Shown here piece by piece: positions 38,310 through 47,893 of a stretch of DNA of 64,000 bases. The stretch covers positions 32,001 to 96,000 of the forward strand of contig CAVUGN010000009.1 of the NCBI GenBank assembly GCA_963741095.1. The letters run 5' to 3'. The notes beneath the pieces are model-generated. The model did not search any database. It worked only from the letters and a program-made list of their open reading frames with translations, and had not been told where the DNA came from. Both the position numbers and the translations under genes were made by a program. This DNA comes from an uncultured Candidatus Micrarchaeota archaeon. Its GTDB lineage: Archaea > Micrarchaeota > Micrarchaeia > Micrarchaeales > Micrarchaeaceae. Every line of letters starts with the position of its first letter. Within the stretch, counting starts at the first letter, position 1.

Positions 38310-38555
38310 CTAATTTCTTTCGGTCCCGACTATTATGGTCTCCGAAACGCTCTTGACCCTGTCGTAGCGCACGCTGTTCTTCGCGAGTGCCGTGCGGCTG
38401 CTCGTTCCCTTCACCAGGTCGTCTATCTTCGCCAGAAGGAGGCTCGAAACGCTGCCGTTTTCAAAATCGAGTACCACGTCCTCCACCATCCCGATCTTCT
38501 TTCCGGTGTTGCTTAGTATCTGCTTGCCGTACAGCTCTGATATTAGTATTGCCAT
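38310..38555 (-). CDS. PRC-barrel domain protein
   Basis: SELYGKQI...GKKIG.V.DVVLD...V.SVSETIIV. Confidence 0.88.
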   Translation of the reverse strand: MAILISELYGKQILSNTGKKIGMVEDVVLDFENGSVSSLLLAKIDDLVKGTSSRTALAKNSVRYDRVKSVSETIIVGTERN

Positions 38556-38564
38556 TTTTCCACC

Positions 38565-39110
38565 TTATCTTATGCGCATTATCTTCTTAGATGCGAATAT
38601 TCTTAATATGTACTCCTCCAACTCGTTGACAAATGCGTCATGGTTGTCGTCCAACTTGGCCAATTCGCCCTGTGCAAACAGGTTCTTGTTCCTGCTTATC
38701 AGATAATCCAGGTATCTGGTAGTCAGGTGATAGCTCTTCTTGCCACAGCTCTTGCAGAGATATATCGGCACGACTGGAAGCTCGTCCCCCGAAACTGATC
38801 TGTCCAATCTCTCCAAAGAGCTGCTTCCGCAGCTCGGGCACGGCTTTTTCAGCTTGACGTCCTCGTACGGCATGCTCTTCACCTCCCGCGCCGCAGCTTC
38901 CTTGAGTTCGCGCTCTATCAGCGCCTCCAATCCGTTGCCCTCCATGTCAAGCAGCTTCTGCTGGAGCACCGCGCCGTTCTCGTCGAAAACGGTCTCAAGG
39001 ATGCGTTTGCCCTTCTCCTCCCATTGCTTTACGACCGCGATGCCCTTCGCGCTGTACTCAAGCCTTACCCTGCCTTTATCCTTGGATACGAACGCTACCC
39101 CTTCGATCAT
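38565..39110 (-). CDS. Hypothetical zinc-ribbon protein
   Basis: CPSCG and CKSCG pairs. Confidence 0.7.
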   Translation of the reverse strand: MIEGVAFVSKDKGRVRLEYSAKGIAVVKQWEEKGKRILETVFDENGAVLQQKLLDMEGNGLEALIERELKEAAAREVKSMPYEDVKLKKPCPSCGSSSLERLDRSVSGDELPVVPIYLCKSCGKKSYHLTTRYLDYLISRNKNLFAQGELAKLDDNHDAFVNELEEYILRIFASKKIMRIR

Positions 39111-39323
39111 TCAATCTCCGAACTTGAGGCGATAGGTATCGACATCCTCTTCGGTCACCACGTCGCGGTTATGCGCCTTCGCCCTCTTCACCGCATATTC
39201 CGCTATCTTCTTCGCCTTGGCCTCAAGCAGCTTCGCGATCGATTCGATGGCGGTATCGCTTATCGCTATGCCCGAGTTGTTTTTCACCAGCCTCTTTATC
39301 TCCGCCTTCGATACCTTTCCCAT
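39111..39323 (-). CDS. Second archaeal histone-fold protein
   Basis: IKRLVK...ISD.A...A.AHNRDVVTEEDV histone-fold pattern, 70 aa. Confidence 0.85.
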   Translation of the reverse strand: MGKVSKAEIKRLVKNNSGIAISDTAIESIAKLLEAKAKKIAEYAVKRAKAHNRDVVTEEDVDTYRLKFGD

Positions 39324-39544
39324 TCACGCACCGCAGCACTAAAACATTGATTTGTCTCTTCTAAGAAATAAATACGTTGCTATGCGGCAAAACATGCGAC
39401 GAACAGCGTAACGGATTGCAACGCAACTTTTATAAGCAGTCTAGTACGGCGATATTAGCAAAGATGCTGATGGAAAACGAAAATGTATTTATACCCATGC
39501 GGTTCAATTAGTTCTGTAAAAAGTGAATCCTACTTGAGCGTGTT

Positions 39545-39868
39545 TTGATGGGCATAACCGACGTAAACGAGGCTAACTTCGAGAAGCAGGTGCTGAAGTC
39601 AGGCGTACCAGTTGTGGTCGACATATGGGCCGAATGGTGCGGTCCGTGCAGGCTCTACGCCCCTATCATAGAAGAGGTCTCAAAGGACTATGACGGCAAG
39701 GTGAAGTTCTTCAAGATGAACGCGGACGAGAACCAGAAGACTCTTGAGAAATACGACATCATGAGCATACCAACGACTCTGCTCATAGAAGGCGGGATAG
39801 TCAAGGCGATGAACATCGGCGCGATATCGAAGGACGCTTTGAAGAAATGGCTAAAGAGCAATCTCTAA
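39545..39868 (+). CDS. trxA: Thioredoxin
   Basis: WAEWCGPC and MSIPT. Confidence 0.96.
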   Translation: MMGITDVNEANFEKQVLKSGVPVVVDIWAEWCGPCRLYAPIIEEVSKDYDGKVKFFKMNADENQKTLEKYDIMSIPTTLLIEGGIVKAMNIGAISKDALKKWLKSNL

Positions 39869-39951
39869 TTCTTCAAAGGCAGGGAAACCTGCCCGAAACG
39901 GATATATATCTCCTAGAATGTAATATCCTCACCAGAGACAAGGTGAAAGTG

Positions 39952-40280
39952 ATGTCAGTCCAACACAACCATACCGTTCTCGTTACAACGGGAGACGGCT
40001 GTATCTGTCTGATGCCCAGCGTCTGGGAATAAGTCTAGTCATAACCAAAGCTCTCAACAAGAATCAGCTTCTTATCCTTTCAAACATCGGCGAGTACACC
40101 AACATAACAGACCTACTCGAGAGGCTCTCCGAACGGTCGTCAATTCCTCTCTCTACTCTTAAGCTCAACGCAAGGGTGCTACGCAGCCTCGGCCTCATCA
40201 AATATGATGTGCCTCCAGTAAAGGTAACATCCACGGGCAGGACCGTACTTGAGATTATAAACAGTGATACCAATGGTTGA
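39952..40280 (+). pseudogene. Winged-helix protein gene with an apparent -1 frameshift or non-canonical start; not in the ORF track
   Basis: Open frame ...LNKNQLLIL...SIPLSTLKLNARVLRSLGLI...VTSTGR..LEII ending TGA 40280; the SD-preceded ATG at 39952 is in a different frame. Confidence 0.6.
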
Positions 40281-41004
40281 AATAACAAAGGCGGGCAATC
40301 TGTGCAGTTCTGCACGGAATCCAGAACGCGGAGAGAGCATAGCAATAGGGCGATGCACCCAATCCTTGTTCACGGGGAATGCAAACGAAATTGCACTGCT
40401 CTACATAAAGGTGTTCGGGGGCGGGCCATGGTATGAGAAGTACCTGGTCCAAATCAACGGGAAATGGGAAAGGGTGGGGTCGCCACAAGAGCTTGAACAA
40501 CTCGAAAGACTGAAGGCAAGCGGCGTTGTCAAAGAGGAGCAGATCAAATCCTACTACCAAACGAGCGATGTGCTGGACAACATACGCAGAGTTGCAGAAT
40601 CGAAAGGATTTGTGGCATCAATCGCATGGTGCAGCGGCAAGATCATAGCCGTATCGTGGGGCATGTCCGCATCGAGCATCCCTTCCGAAGAGAAAATGGC
40701 ATGCGTAAAGACGGTGTTGGAAATGCAAAAACTGTCGCCGGATAGAACCACCTATTTCGACGAAACCTTTGTTGACCCTGACTACCAGGGCAAGGGGATA
40801 GGCAAGGTGTTGGTGAAAATCAGGGGGACATTGGCTGCAAACGAGATGGGGTGTACAAACGCGATTGTTCGCACCATCAATCCGATACAGATCAGGGCCC
40901 TTTCAAGCGAATTCGGAAAAGATAACGTCAGGCCAGTTTATCAGAACAAAGAGGACATCCAGGCGGAAAGAAAGTATTATGTTATTAATCTTTTGAGGGG
41001 ATAA
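40273..41004 (+). CDS. GNAT-family acetyltransferase
   Basis: VDPDYQGKGIGKVL acetyl-CoA binding motif. Confidence 0.85.
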   Translation: MVEITKAGNLCSSARNPERGESIAIGRCTQSLFTGNANEIALLYIKVFGGGPWYEKYLVQINGKWERVGSPQELEQLERLKASGVVKEEQIKSYYQTSDVLDNIRRVAESKGFVASIAWCSGKIIAVSWGMSASSIPSEEKMACVKTVLEMQKLSPDRTTYFDETFVDPDYQGKGIGKVLVKIRGTLAANEMGCTNAIVRTINPIQIRALSSEFGKDNVRPVYQNKEDIQAERKYYVINLLRG

Positions 41005-41011
41005 TCTTGGG

Positions 41012-42118
41012 GTGCATTTTTTGGATAGCCAGGTAGCAAAAACATTCTGCGAACTTGCAGCAATACCTTCGCCTAGCGGGCGCGAATCGGAAGTGGTCCG
41101 GTACATACAAAATTATCTCAAGAAGTTGGGTTACGACTCGTACATCGACAACGCTGGAAAATTCAACAACAGCAACACCGGCAACCTGATTGCCAAGATA
41201 GGTAAGGGCAGCCCAAAACTGTGTTTTGTAGCCCACATGGACACGGTCGAGGATGGAAAATCAAAGGTCAGGCCCGTTGTACGCAGAGGCGTCATAAAGA
41301 GCGACGGCAACACGATCCTTGGCGCTGACGACAAATCCAGCGTAGCCTCTTTGCTTGAAGCGATCAAAGATCTCTCAAAAGAGAAAAATCTGCCCGCCGT
41401 GCTGCTGGCATTCACCATACGGGAAGAGGAAGGATCCATGGGTGTCAGATACATGAACATCGGCAAGATCCCGTTCGTTTTTGATGTTGACGGATCCGAC
41501 AAGGTCGGCGGATTCATAAATCGGGCGCTCGGTTACCTCAATTTCGAATTGGACATATACGGCAAGGAGGCGCACGCGGCAAAGAATCCCGAGAAAGGCC
41601 GCAACGCGATCAAGACCGCGGGCCTCCTTGTATCAAAGCTCCAGCTGGGCAGGATGCCTGATGGCGGCACGATCAACGTGGGTAGCATCTCGGGAGGCAC
41701 CTTCCCTAACGTAATCCCTGGGTATTGCAAGTTGGTCGGCGAGGTCAGGGGATTCAGCGTAAGTGCGATAAACAAAAACTTCGAAAGGGTCAGAAGGACT
41801 GCAGAAAGTGCCTGCAAGACAACGCAGTGCAGATACCAACTCAAAAAAATGAACGAGGTACCCCCATTTTATACTCCGGAGACTGGCAAGATAATCGACC
41901 TCTCAAAACGGGCGTGCAGAGCGGCTGGCATAAAGTTCATGGCCACAACGCTTAACGCCACCATACAGGGCAACATCCTGGCAGAAAAGGGTTACACTAT
42001 TTTGGGCATGTGCAAAGGCGGAAAACTTCCACACTCCAAATCGGAAAGCATAACCATAAGGGAGCTTGAACAGACGAAGAAGCTGATCATGGCGCTGATA
42101 AAGCAGGCCAGGGAATAG
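41012..42118 (+). CDS. M20 metallopeptidase (peptidase T-like)
   Basis: AHMDTV, TILGADDK, EEEG, GKEAHA and PHS..E. Confidence 0.92.
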   Translation: MHFLDSQVAKTFCELAAIPSPSGRESEVVRYIQNYLKKLGYDSYIDNAGKFNNSNTGNLIAKIGKGSPKLCFVAHMDTVEDGKSKVRPVVRRGVIKSDGNTILGADDKSSVASLLEAIKDLSKEKNLPAVLLAFTIREEEGSMGVRYMNIGKIPFVFDVDGSDKVGGFINRALGYLNFELDIYGKEAHAAKNPEKGRNAIKTAGLLVSKLQLGRMPDGGTINVGSISGGTFPNVIPGYCKLVGEVRGFSVSAINKNFERVRRTAESACKTTQCRYQLKKMNEVPPFYTPETGKIIDLSKRACRAAGIKFMATTLNATIQGNILAEKGYTILGMCKGGKLPHSKSESITIRELEQTKKLIMALIKQARE

Positions 42119-42173
42119 CCATCAGTGAACTACTTATAGTTATCTGGATTAAAGATTATGAAAGTGAACGGCA

Positions 42174-43445
42174 ATGCCTGAGATACCCTTCCCAAGAGGC
42201 GTAAGAGACCTGATGCCAAACGAAGCTCTGTTCAGGAACGAGCTGCTCAAGCGCATAGAAGAGGTCTTCCAGCGCTTCGGCTTCATGAGCATAGACACGC
42301 CCACATTCGAGAGGCTGAGCGTGCTCAACGCGAAGGGCGGCATAGGCGAGGACGCAAAGCTAATCTTCGAGCTCAAGGACGAGGATCTCGGCCTAAGGTA
42401 CGACAACACGGTGTCGCTCGCAAGGTACATGAGTATGCACCAGGAGCTGCCGCTGCCGTTCAAGCGCTATTACATCGGGAAGGACTGGAGGCGGGAGGAG
42501 CCGCAGAGGATGCGGTTCAGGGAGTTCACGCAGGCCGACATAGACATCGTCGGGGGCAAGGAGATACTCACAGATGCGGAGGTCATAGCCGCGGGCGCGA
42601 TCGCGATCGAGAGCGCGGGCCTGGACTACACTATAGAGATAAACGACCGAAGGCTTACTGAGAAAGTCTTCGAGAAATTCGGGATAAACGAACTGATGTT
42701 CATGGGCGTGCTGCGCGCCATAGACAAGATCGACAAGATGGGCGAGGAGAAGGTCGCCGAAGCGCTGAAGGGGCTCGGGCTCTCCAACGAGCTCGTCGAC
42801 CAGATCATCGCATTCATAAACCTGAGGGGCGATGCCGAGGAGAAGCTCACCTATGCGGACAACCTCCTGGGCAGCAAGGATTACACTGACAAGCTCCGGA
42901 AGACGCTGGAGCTATTGAAGCAGTACAACATCCGGGGCGAGGCGCGGATAAATTTCTCCCTGGTGCGCGGGCTTGACTATTACACGGGCATGGTCTTCGA
43001 ATACAAACTGGCAAACACCGACCGGAAGGACACAATCTGTGGCGGAGGTCGGTACGACACGCTCATAGGCATGTACAGCGGCAAGAACATACCCGCGGTC
43101 GGGCTCGCGTTCGGCATAGACCGCATGCTCGAGGCGCTCAAGTTCTCCGATTCGACCGCTTACACCTACGCGAAGGTCTTCGTTGCGTTCGTGAACGACG
43201 GCAACTACACCTACGCCCTGGGCATCGCGAACCAGCTCCGGGCCAACGGGATACCCGCTGACATAAACCTGGCTTCGAGAAACCTGTCCAACCAGTTCGC
43301 CTACGCTAATTCGCTGAAAGTCAAGTACGCGGTGATAATAGGCGACATGGAGATGAACTCGGGGAAGGTGAAGCTGCGCAACCTGATAAGCGGCAACGAG
43401 CAGACCCTCTCCTTCGAGGACGCGGTTCAAGTTATAAAAGGGTAA
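42174..43445 (+). CDS. hisS: Histidyl-tRNA synthetase
   Basis: PRGVRD, LRYD.T, RFREFTQAD, RGLDYYTG and GGGRYD. Confidence 0.97.
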   Translation: MPEIPFPRGVRDLMPNEALFRNELLKRIEEVFQRFGFMSIDTPTFERLSVLNAKGGIGEDAKLIFELKDEDLGLRYDNTVSLARYMSMHQELPLPFKRYYIGKDWRREEPQRMRFREFTQADIDIVGGKEILTDAEVIAAGAIAIESAGLDYTIEINDRRLTEKVFEKFGINELMFMGVLRAIDKIDKMGEEKVAEALKGLGLSNELVDQIIAFINLRGDAEEKLTYADNLLGSKDYTDKLRKTLELLKQYNIRGEARINFSLVRGLDYYTGMVFEYKLANTDRKDTICGGGRYDTLIGMYSGKNIPAVGLAFGIDRMLEALKFSDSTAYTYAKVFVAFVNDGNYTYALGIANQLRANGIPADINLASRNLSNQFAYANSLKVKYAVIIGDMEMNSGKVKLRNLISGNEQTLSFEDAVQVIKG

Positions 43446-43449
43446 TCTG

Positions 43450-43956
43450 ATGGCAAAATCTGACGTTGAAATATTGACCGAGGAGAAGATCTCAAAGGGC
43501 GGAGTGCTCGCCAAGCTGTACTTCGACATGCAGCACAAGGAGGGCGACAAGCTGCAGCCATTGCTTGTCGAATTGATAAACGAGCATCTGCTGAAGGAGA
43601 AGGGCGTGATATACTGCTACGGTGCAATAGAGGAGCCCATGGAACAGGGCGGCATATCAATCACAAGCGCTGCGCTCACGATGCTTTTCGAGAGCTTCAT
43701 GCCTCTCGTGAACGTGGCATTCAACTACGCCCCGGCGGGCATAGAGATACTGAAGCCGAACAAGGAGATGACCTTCAAGATCAGTGATCTGCAGTCGCTG
43801 CTCATGGACCTCTCGCAGGTCTCTGTCAACTACTCGAAGTACATAGCCGAGCACGTGCTGAAGCCCGAGGACATGGTCGGCGTGGACGAAATGCTCACAC
43901 GAAGGCTGGCGCTCGGGAAGAAACTCATTGAGAAGAAGGATGACAAGAAGGCCTAA
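43450..43956 (+). CDS. Conserved hypothetical protein
   Basis: Host-like codon usage, operonic with hisS, YAPAGIEILKP segment. Confidence 0.75.
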   Translation: MAKSDVEILTEEKISKGGVLAKLYFDMQHKEGDKLQPLLVELINEHLLKEKGVIYCYGAIEEPMEQGGISITSAALTMLFESFMPLVNVAFNYAPAGIEILKPNKEMTFKISDLQSLLMDLSQVSVNYSKYIAEHVLKPEDMVGVDEMLTRRLALGKKLIEKKDDKKA

Positions 43957-45383
43957 CCCTTCCTGTACCATACCGTGCCGTACTCCGTGTCATCAAGGCT
44001 TATCCCGCTCTTTTCCTTCAGCTCTGCGCGTATCCTGTCAGCGTCTTCGAACTTGCCCTGCTTCCTGAGGTCCTCCCGCTGTTTTATGAGCTGTTTCGCC
44101 TCATCGGTTATCGATTCCTTGTAAGTGTCCTTCTCCAGTATGCCGAGTGTCGAAGAGAGTTCCAGCACCTTTTTCATCGCATTGTCCTTCACCTCCCTGT
44201 CGATGGACACGTGCGTCTCAGCAAAATTCCTCAGCTGGTTTATCGTCTTCATAAGGATCGACTGTGCAAGCGGGGTGTTGAAGTCGTCGTTCATCGCCTC
44301 GATGAAATCTTTATTCAATTCCGCTATCACCCCATCCACAACGACGTCATCGCTGCCCCTGCTGGATTTCATGTTATAGAACATGCCCAATGCTATGTAC
44401 ATGTAGCTAAGCCGCTTCGCCGCGTCTTTCATCGATGCCTCCGTGTAGTCCACGCCCTTCCTGTAGTGCGTCGAAATCACGAGAAGCCTGAGCGCCTCCG
44501 GATCATAGGACTCGAGCAGCTTTCTTATGGTGATGAAGTTCCTGAGGCTCTTGCTCATCTTCACGCCCTTCATGTTCATCACGGCGACGTGCATCCAGTA
44601 TTTCACGAAGGGTTTTTTGCCGAACGCAGCCTCGGCCTGCGCTATCTCGTTGGTGTGGTGCGGGAATATCAGGTCGGACCCGCCTCCATGCAGGTCGTAC
44701 TGCGCTCCGAAAACCTCATGGGTCATGGCAGTGTCCTCGATGTGCCATCCCGGCCTGCCCGAAAGCTCCCTGTCCTTGCCGTCAATCTTTAGTTTTATCT
44801 TCCATGAGGGCTCTCCCGGGGTTGCGGCCTTCCACAGGGAGAAGTCATAGACGTTTATCTTGTCCGGATTCGGCTCTATCCTGTGCTTCTCCAGCTCGTC
44901 GAGCTTTACCCCGGACAGCCGGGTGTAATCCTTGAACTTAGCCACGTTGTAATATATGTCGTCGCCTATGGCGTACGCGTAGCCCTTGTCCAGAAGCAGT
45001 TGTATGTGGCTTCTTATCGCATCGATGTAGTCGTGCGACCTCAGGTATTCGCTCACGCCGCGCTTGACTCCTATCGTATCCATATCATCGAGGAATCGCG
45101 CCTCAAAGTGCCTTGCAAGTTCTATCGGTTCCATCTCTACTTCTTTCGCCCTCTTGATTATCTTATCATCGATATCCGTTATGTTCTGGACGTACCTGAC
45201 CTCATAACCAAGATGCCTCAGCCACCTGGCGACAACGTCAAAGAATATGTACATGCACGCGTGGCCCAGATGCGCGTCATCGTAGACCGTCTGCCCGCAG
45301 ACGAACATGTTAACCTTCTTGCCGGAGATCGGCGTGAACTCCTCTTTTGATCTTGAAAGGGTGTTGTAGACAAAAAGCGGCAT
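43953..45383 (-). CDS. cysS: Cysteinyl-tRNA synthetase
   Basis: CGQTVYD..HLGH, GRPGWHIE, FPHHTNE, KMSKS and DDFNTP. Confidence 0.97.
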   Translation of the reverse strand: MPLFVYNTLSRSKEEFTPISGKKVNMFVCGQTVYDDAHLGHACMYIFFDVVARWLRHLGYEVRYVQNITDIDDKIIKRAKEVEMEPIELARHFEARFLDDMDTIGVKRGVSEYLRSHDYIDAIRSHIQLLLDKGYAYAIGDDIYYNVAKFKDYTRLSGVKLDELEKHRIEPNPDKINVYDFSLWKAATPGEPSWKIKLKIDGKDRELSGRPGWHIEDTAMTHEVFGAQYDLHGGGSDLIFPHHTNEIAQAEAAFGKKPFVKYWMHVAVMNMKGVKMSKSLRNFITIRKLLESYDPEALRLLVISTHYRKGVDYTEASMKDAAKRLSYMYIALGMFYNMKSSRGSDDVVVDGVIAELNKDFIEAMNDDFNTPLAQSILMKTINQLRNFAETHVSIDREVKDNAMKKVLELSSTLGILEKDTYKESITDEAKQLIKQREDLRKQGKFEDADRIRAELKEKSGISLDDTEYGTVWYRKG

Positions 45384-45387
45384 TTGA

Positions 45388-46473
45388 TCACAGCACGGAT
45401 TGCGTATGGTAAGATTTGCTTACTTGCTTATTTAGAACCTTCAGTATGCGCTCCTTCTCGATGCCGTCGGCTTTTGTCGATTTGACTATCTCGGACATTG
45501 CCGAAACGACATCGTCGTAGTCCTTCAGGTTTATCGGGTATGGTATGCCGTCCTTCCCGCCCAGGTTGTAGGAATACATTATCGGATCGCGCTTGTACAC
45601 CTCGTTGTCGTATATCAGCGACGATATTATCGCCAGAGATCGGAGCGTCTTCCTTCCTATGCCCTTGATGGACATCAGCTTCTCGTAGCTGTCGAGCTGC
45701 AGGTCGTTCGCCGTTTTTAGCAGCTCAACCGCCTTCTTCGAAATGTCCGTGTCGATTATCTCATGCCTCTCCGGCAGCACATAGGCTTTCTTCATGTTCT
45801 CTATCTCGCGGAAATCCTCGTTCACCAGACGCAGGCTGAGCTGCTTTGCCCCGTCGTTCTTCCCGAAGGTGAGGTCCATGGTGCTCTCGCTGAAGCCCGA
45901 AGCCACGGCTGTGTTGGTCTCCCTGGTTATGTCCTTCGTGTCGACGGTCTTGCCCGATATCTGGAAGCGCACCGCCATGTTGGATTTGCCGTGCATCCCC
46001 TGCTGGATGACCGCCCAGTCCCTGCCTTTTGAGAATAGGAACGCATGATGGTAGATGCCGAGATTGTCATAGATCAGCGCGGAATCGATCTTCGCCGCCA
46101 TCCTGCTGTAATGCGCGAACTCGTCATTGCAGCCGGGTATGGACAGGTGGTCCACGCCTTTCATTATCTGCTCGGGGGTCGATGTGCCCTGCTTGCCCTT
46201 GCCCCCAGCTATGAAAATATCGGAATTGTAGTTGAGCGCCTCCTTGAGCGCGCCCACCACCACGGTGGTCGTGCCGCTGCTGTGCCAATCGTAGCCTATC
46301 GCGCAGGCAAGGGCCTGAAACCACATCGGGTCCGTCAGCCTGTCCATCAGCCCCGACGTGCCGTACTCGTCGATCATCACGCCCGATATCAGAGCGCCGA
46401 GCCTGACCATCCTCGAGAATAGCCATCTGGGTGCCTTGCCCCCGTGGAGCGGCAAAACAGTCAAGTTCTGCAT
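45388..46473 (-). CDS. DUF763-family protein
   Basis: LPLHGGKAPRWL, GYDWHSSGTTT and GGKDGIPYP. Confidence 0.88.
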   Translation of the reverse strand: MQNLTVLPLHGGKAPRWLFSRMVRLGALISGVMIDEYGTSGLMDRLTDPMWFQALACAIGYDWHSSGTTTVVVGALKEALNYNSDIFIAGGKGKQGTSTPEQIMKGVDHLSIPGCNDEFAHYSRMAAKIDSALIYDNLGIYHHAFLFSKGRDWAVIQQGMHGKSNMAVRFQISGKTVDTKDITRETNTAVASGFSESTMDLTFGKNDGAKQLSLRLVNEDFREIENMKKAYVLPERHEIIDTDISKKAVELLKTANDLQLDSYEKLMSIKGIGRKTLRSLAIISSLIYDNEVYKRDPIMYSYNLGGKDGIPYPINLKDYDDVVSAMSEIVKSTKADGIEKERILKVLNKQVSKSYHTQSVL

Positions 46474-46479
46474 AAGCGC

Positions 46480-47535
46480 TCACCCTCCATTCATGAAGGT
46501 GAGGTTAGTTACGATGCCCAGCTGCTGCACTGGCTTGTCGGAGAGTGCGAAATCCCCAACGGCTATGAAATTCTGGCGCTGGTTAAGTATCGCAGAGACG
46601 ATCCTGACCTGCACCACCTTGTTCACGAGCGTCGACAGCGGTATGCTTGCGTTGTCGAAGGTAGAAGCGGCATAGATCCCAACCGATATGTTGAACGTGT
46701 TGTAATGCACCACGATCTTCGGAGTGTTGTTCTCAAGCACCTCGACATAAATGTTCTGGTTTTCAGGGCTTATTATCCTGAAGTTCAGGAACGGATCCGA
46801 GGCGTTGACATAGAACTTGCTTGAGGTCAGATTGCCCGGCGCTATCGAAGTGCCGCAGTTGTAGGTCGTGGCGAAGAAGGTGCCGTTGTAGTTGCTCCAG
46901 GTCCTGTTAAGGTAGCAGCCTTCTGCATCCGCTGCAGTCACGTTCAGCGGTCCGGGACCCCATCCCACGCCGCTGCTCAGGAACCATCCGGTGTACTGCC
47001 CTGAGCCAAAGTCGCCGTTGTAAACGGTCTTGTGCACAGTTATGGGCAACACCGTCGTCGTGTTGAGCTTGACAAGCGCGCTGCCGCAGTTGCCTCCGGT
47101 CGTCGGCGCTGTCCTGAGTGTCATCAGGTAACGTTGCGCGGGCGCAGTGAAGTTCTTGTACAGGGTAACGCAATCGTACGGAGAACTCTGGTTAATGTAC
47201 GTTTTGTTGTCAGCGCCTATCACCGTTACGAACTCGCGGCTGCTGTTCCCGCTCGCGACCCAAAGGCCAAGGATGCTGTTGCTCGCCACATTGCAATCTC
47301 CGGTGGCAATGGCGTTGAGCGCGGGCTCTTCAAGCTCGAATCCGTTGCACGGGTACGCGTAATTTATCGTTGTGGTGGCATTGAAGACGTTGCTCGGTAT
47401 GGTTGACGTCGTTGGGATGGATGTCAATACCGTCGTTGACTTCGTATGTGAAAAGTTGAAACCAGTCTCAAGGTAGCCAACCACGGCCAGCAGCACAATT
47501 ATTATTATGAAAGCGATTATACCCTTGCTTGCTAT
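46480..47535 (-). CDS. Exported or membrane-anchored hypothetical protein (possible ATA start)
   Basis: Frame extends beyond 47496 to ATA-GCA-AGC-AAG, giving a complete signal/TM helix; NGDF..G.YTGW segment. Confidence 0.7.
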   Translation of the reverse strand: MASKGIIAFIIIIVLLAVVGYLETGFNFSHTKSTTVLTSIPTTSTIPSNVFNATTTINYAYPCNGFELEEPALNAIATGDCNVASNSILGLWVASGNSSREFVTVIGADNKTYINQSSPYDCVTLYKNFTAPAQRYLMTLRTAPTTGGNCGSALVKLNTTTVLPITVHKTVYNGDFGSGQYTGWFLSSGVGWGPGPLNVTAADAEGCYLNRTWSNYNGTFFATTYNCGTSIAPGNLTSSKFYVNASDPFLNFRIISPENQNIYVEVLENNTPKIVVHYNTFNISVGIYAASTFDNASIPLSTLVNKVVQVRIVSAILNQRQNFIAVGDFALSDKPVQQLGIVTNLTFMNGG

Positions 47536-47618
47536 GATAACACCCGAACGTTAGTATTGATTAACATTAGAATAAATATTTATCCCTGCTTATACATACC
47601 AAGCACAATGGTGTTATA

Positions 47619-47732
47619 TTGGGTAGCATACCTAGAAAATGGAAGAAAAAAGGAAGAATGCGCTGGAAGTGGAAGAAGAAGCGAAGAAAACGCTTGAAAC
47701 GCGCACAGAAGAGGAGAGTCGGAGAGCTCTGA
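47619..47732 (+). CDS. rpl41e: Ribosomal protein L41e (eL41/eS32); not in the ORF track
   Basis: TTG start after GGTG; MGSIPRKWKKKGRMRWKWKKKRRKRLKRAQKRRVGEL matches the archaeal L41e pattern. Confidence 0.9.
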   Translation: MGSIPRKWKKKGRMRWKWKKKRRKRLKRAQKRRVGEL

Positions 47733-47893
47733 TTCTCCTGTCTACTTTCAGCGGAAGGCTTCGGCCTTCCGCTACAGTAAGATTACAAAATGCAGGCGAA
47801 AGCAAGCTCACGGAGCGCAAAGGATCTTCTGTTGGTCCAAAGAGCGTAAAAAGCGCTTCCACTGGGCGTTAATCGCCTTAAACCCCGTGCCTG

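Noticed and set aside
47639-47872. 77-aa ORF from the track
   Set aside because: It overlaps the better supported L41e gene in another frame.
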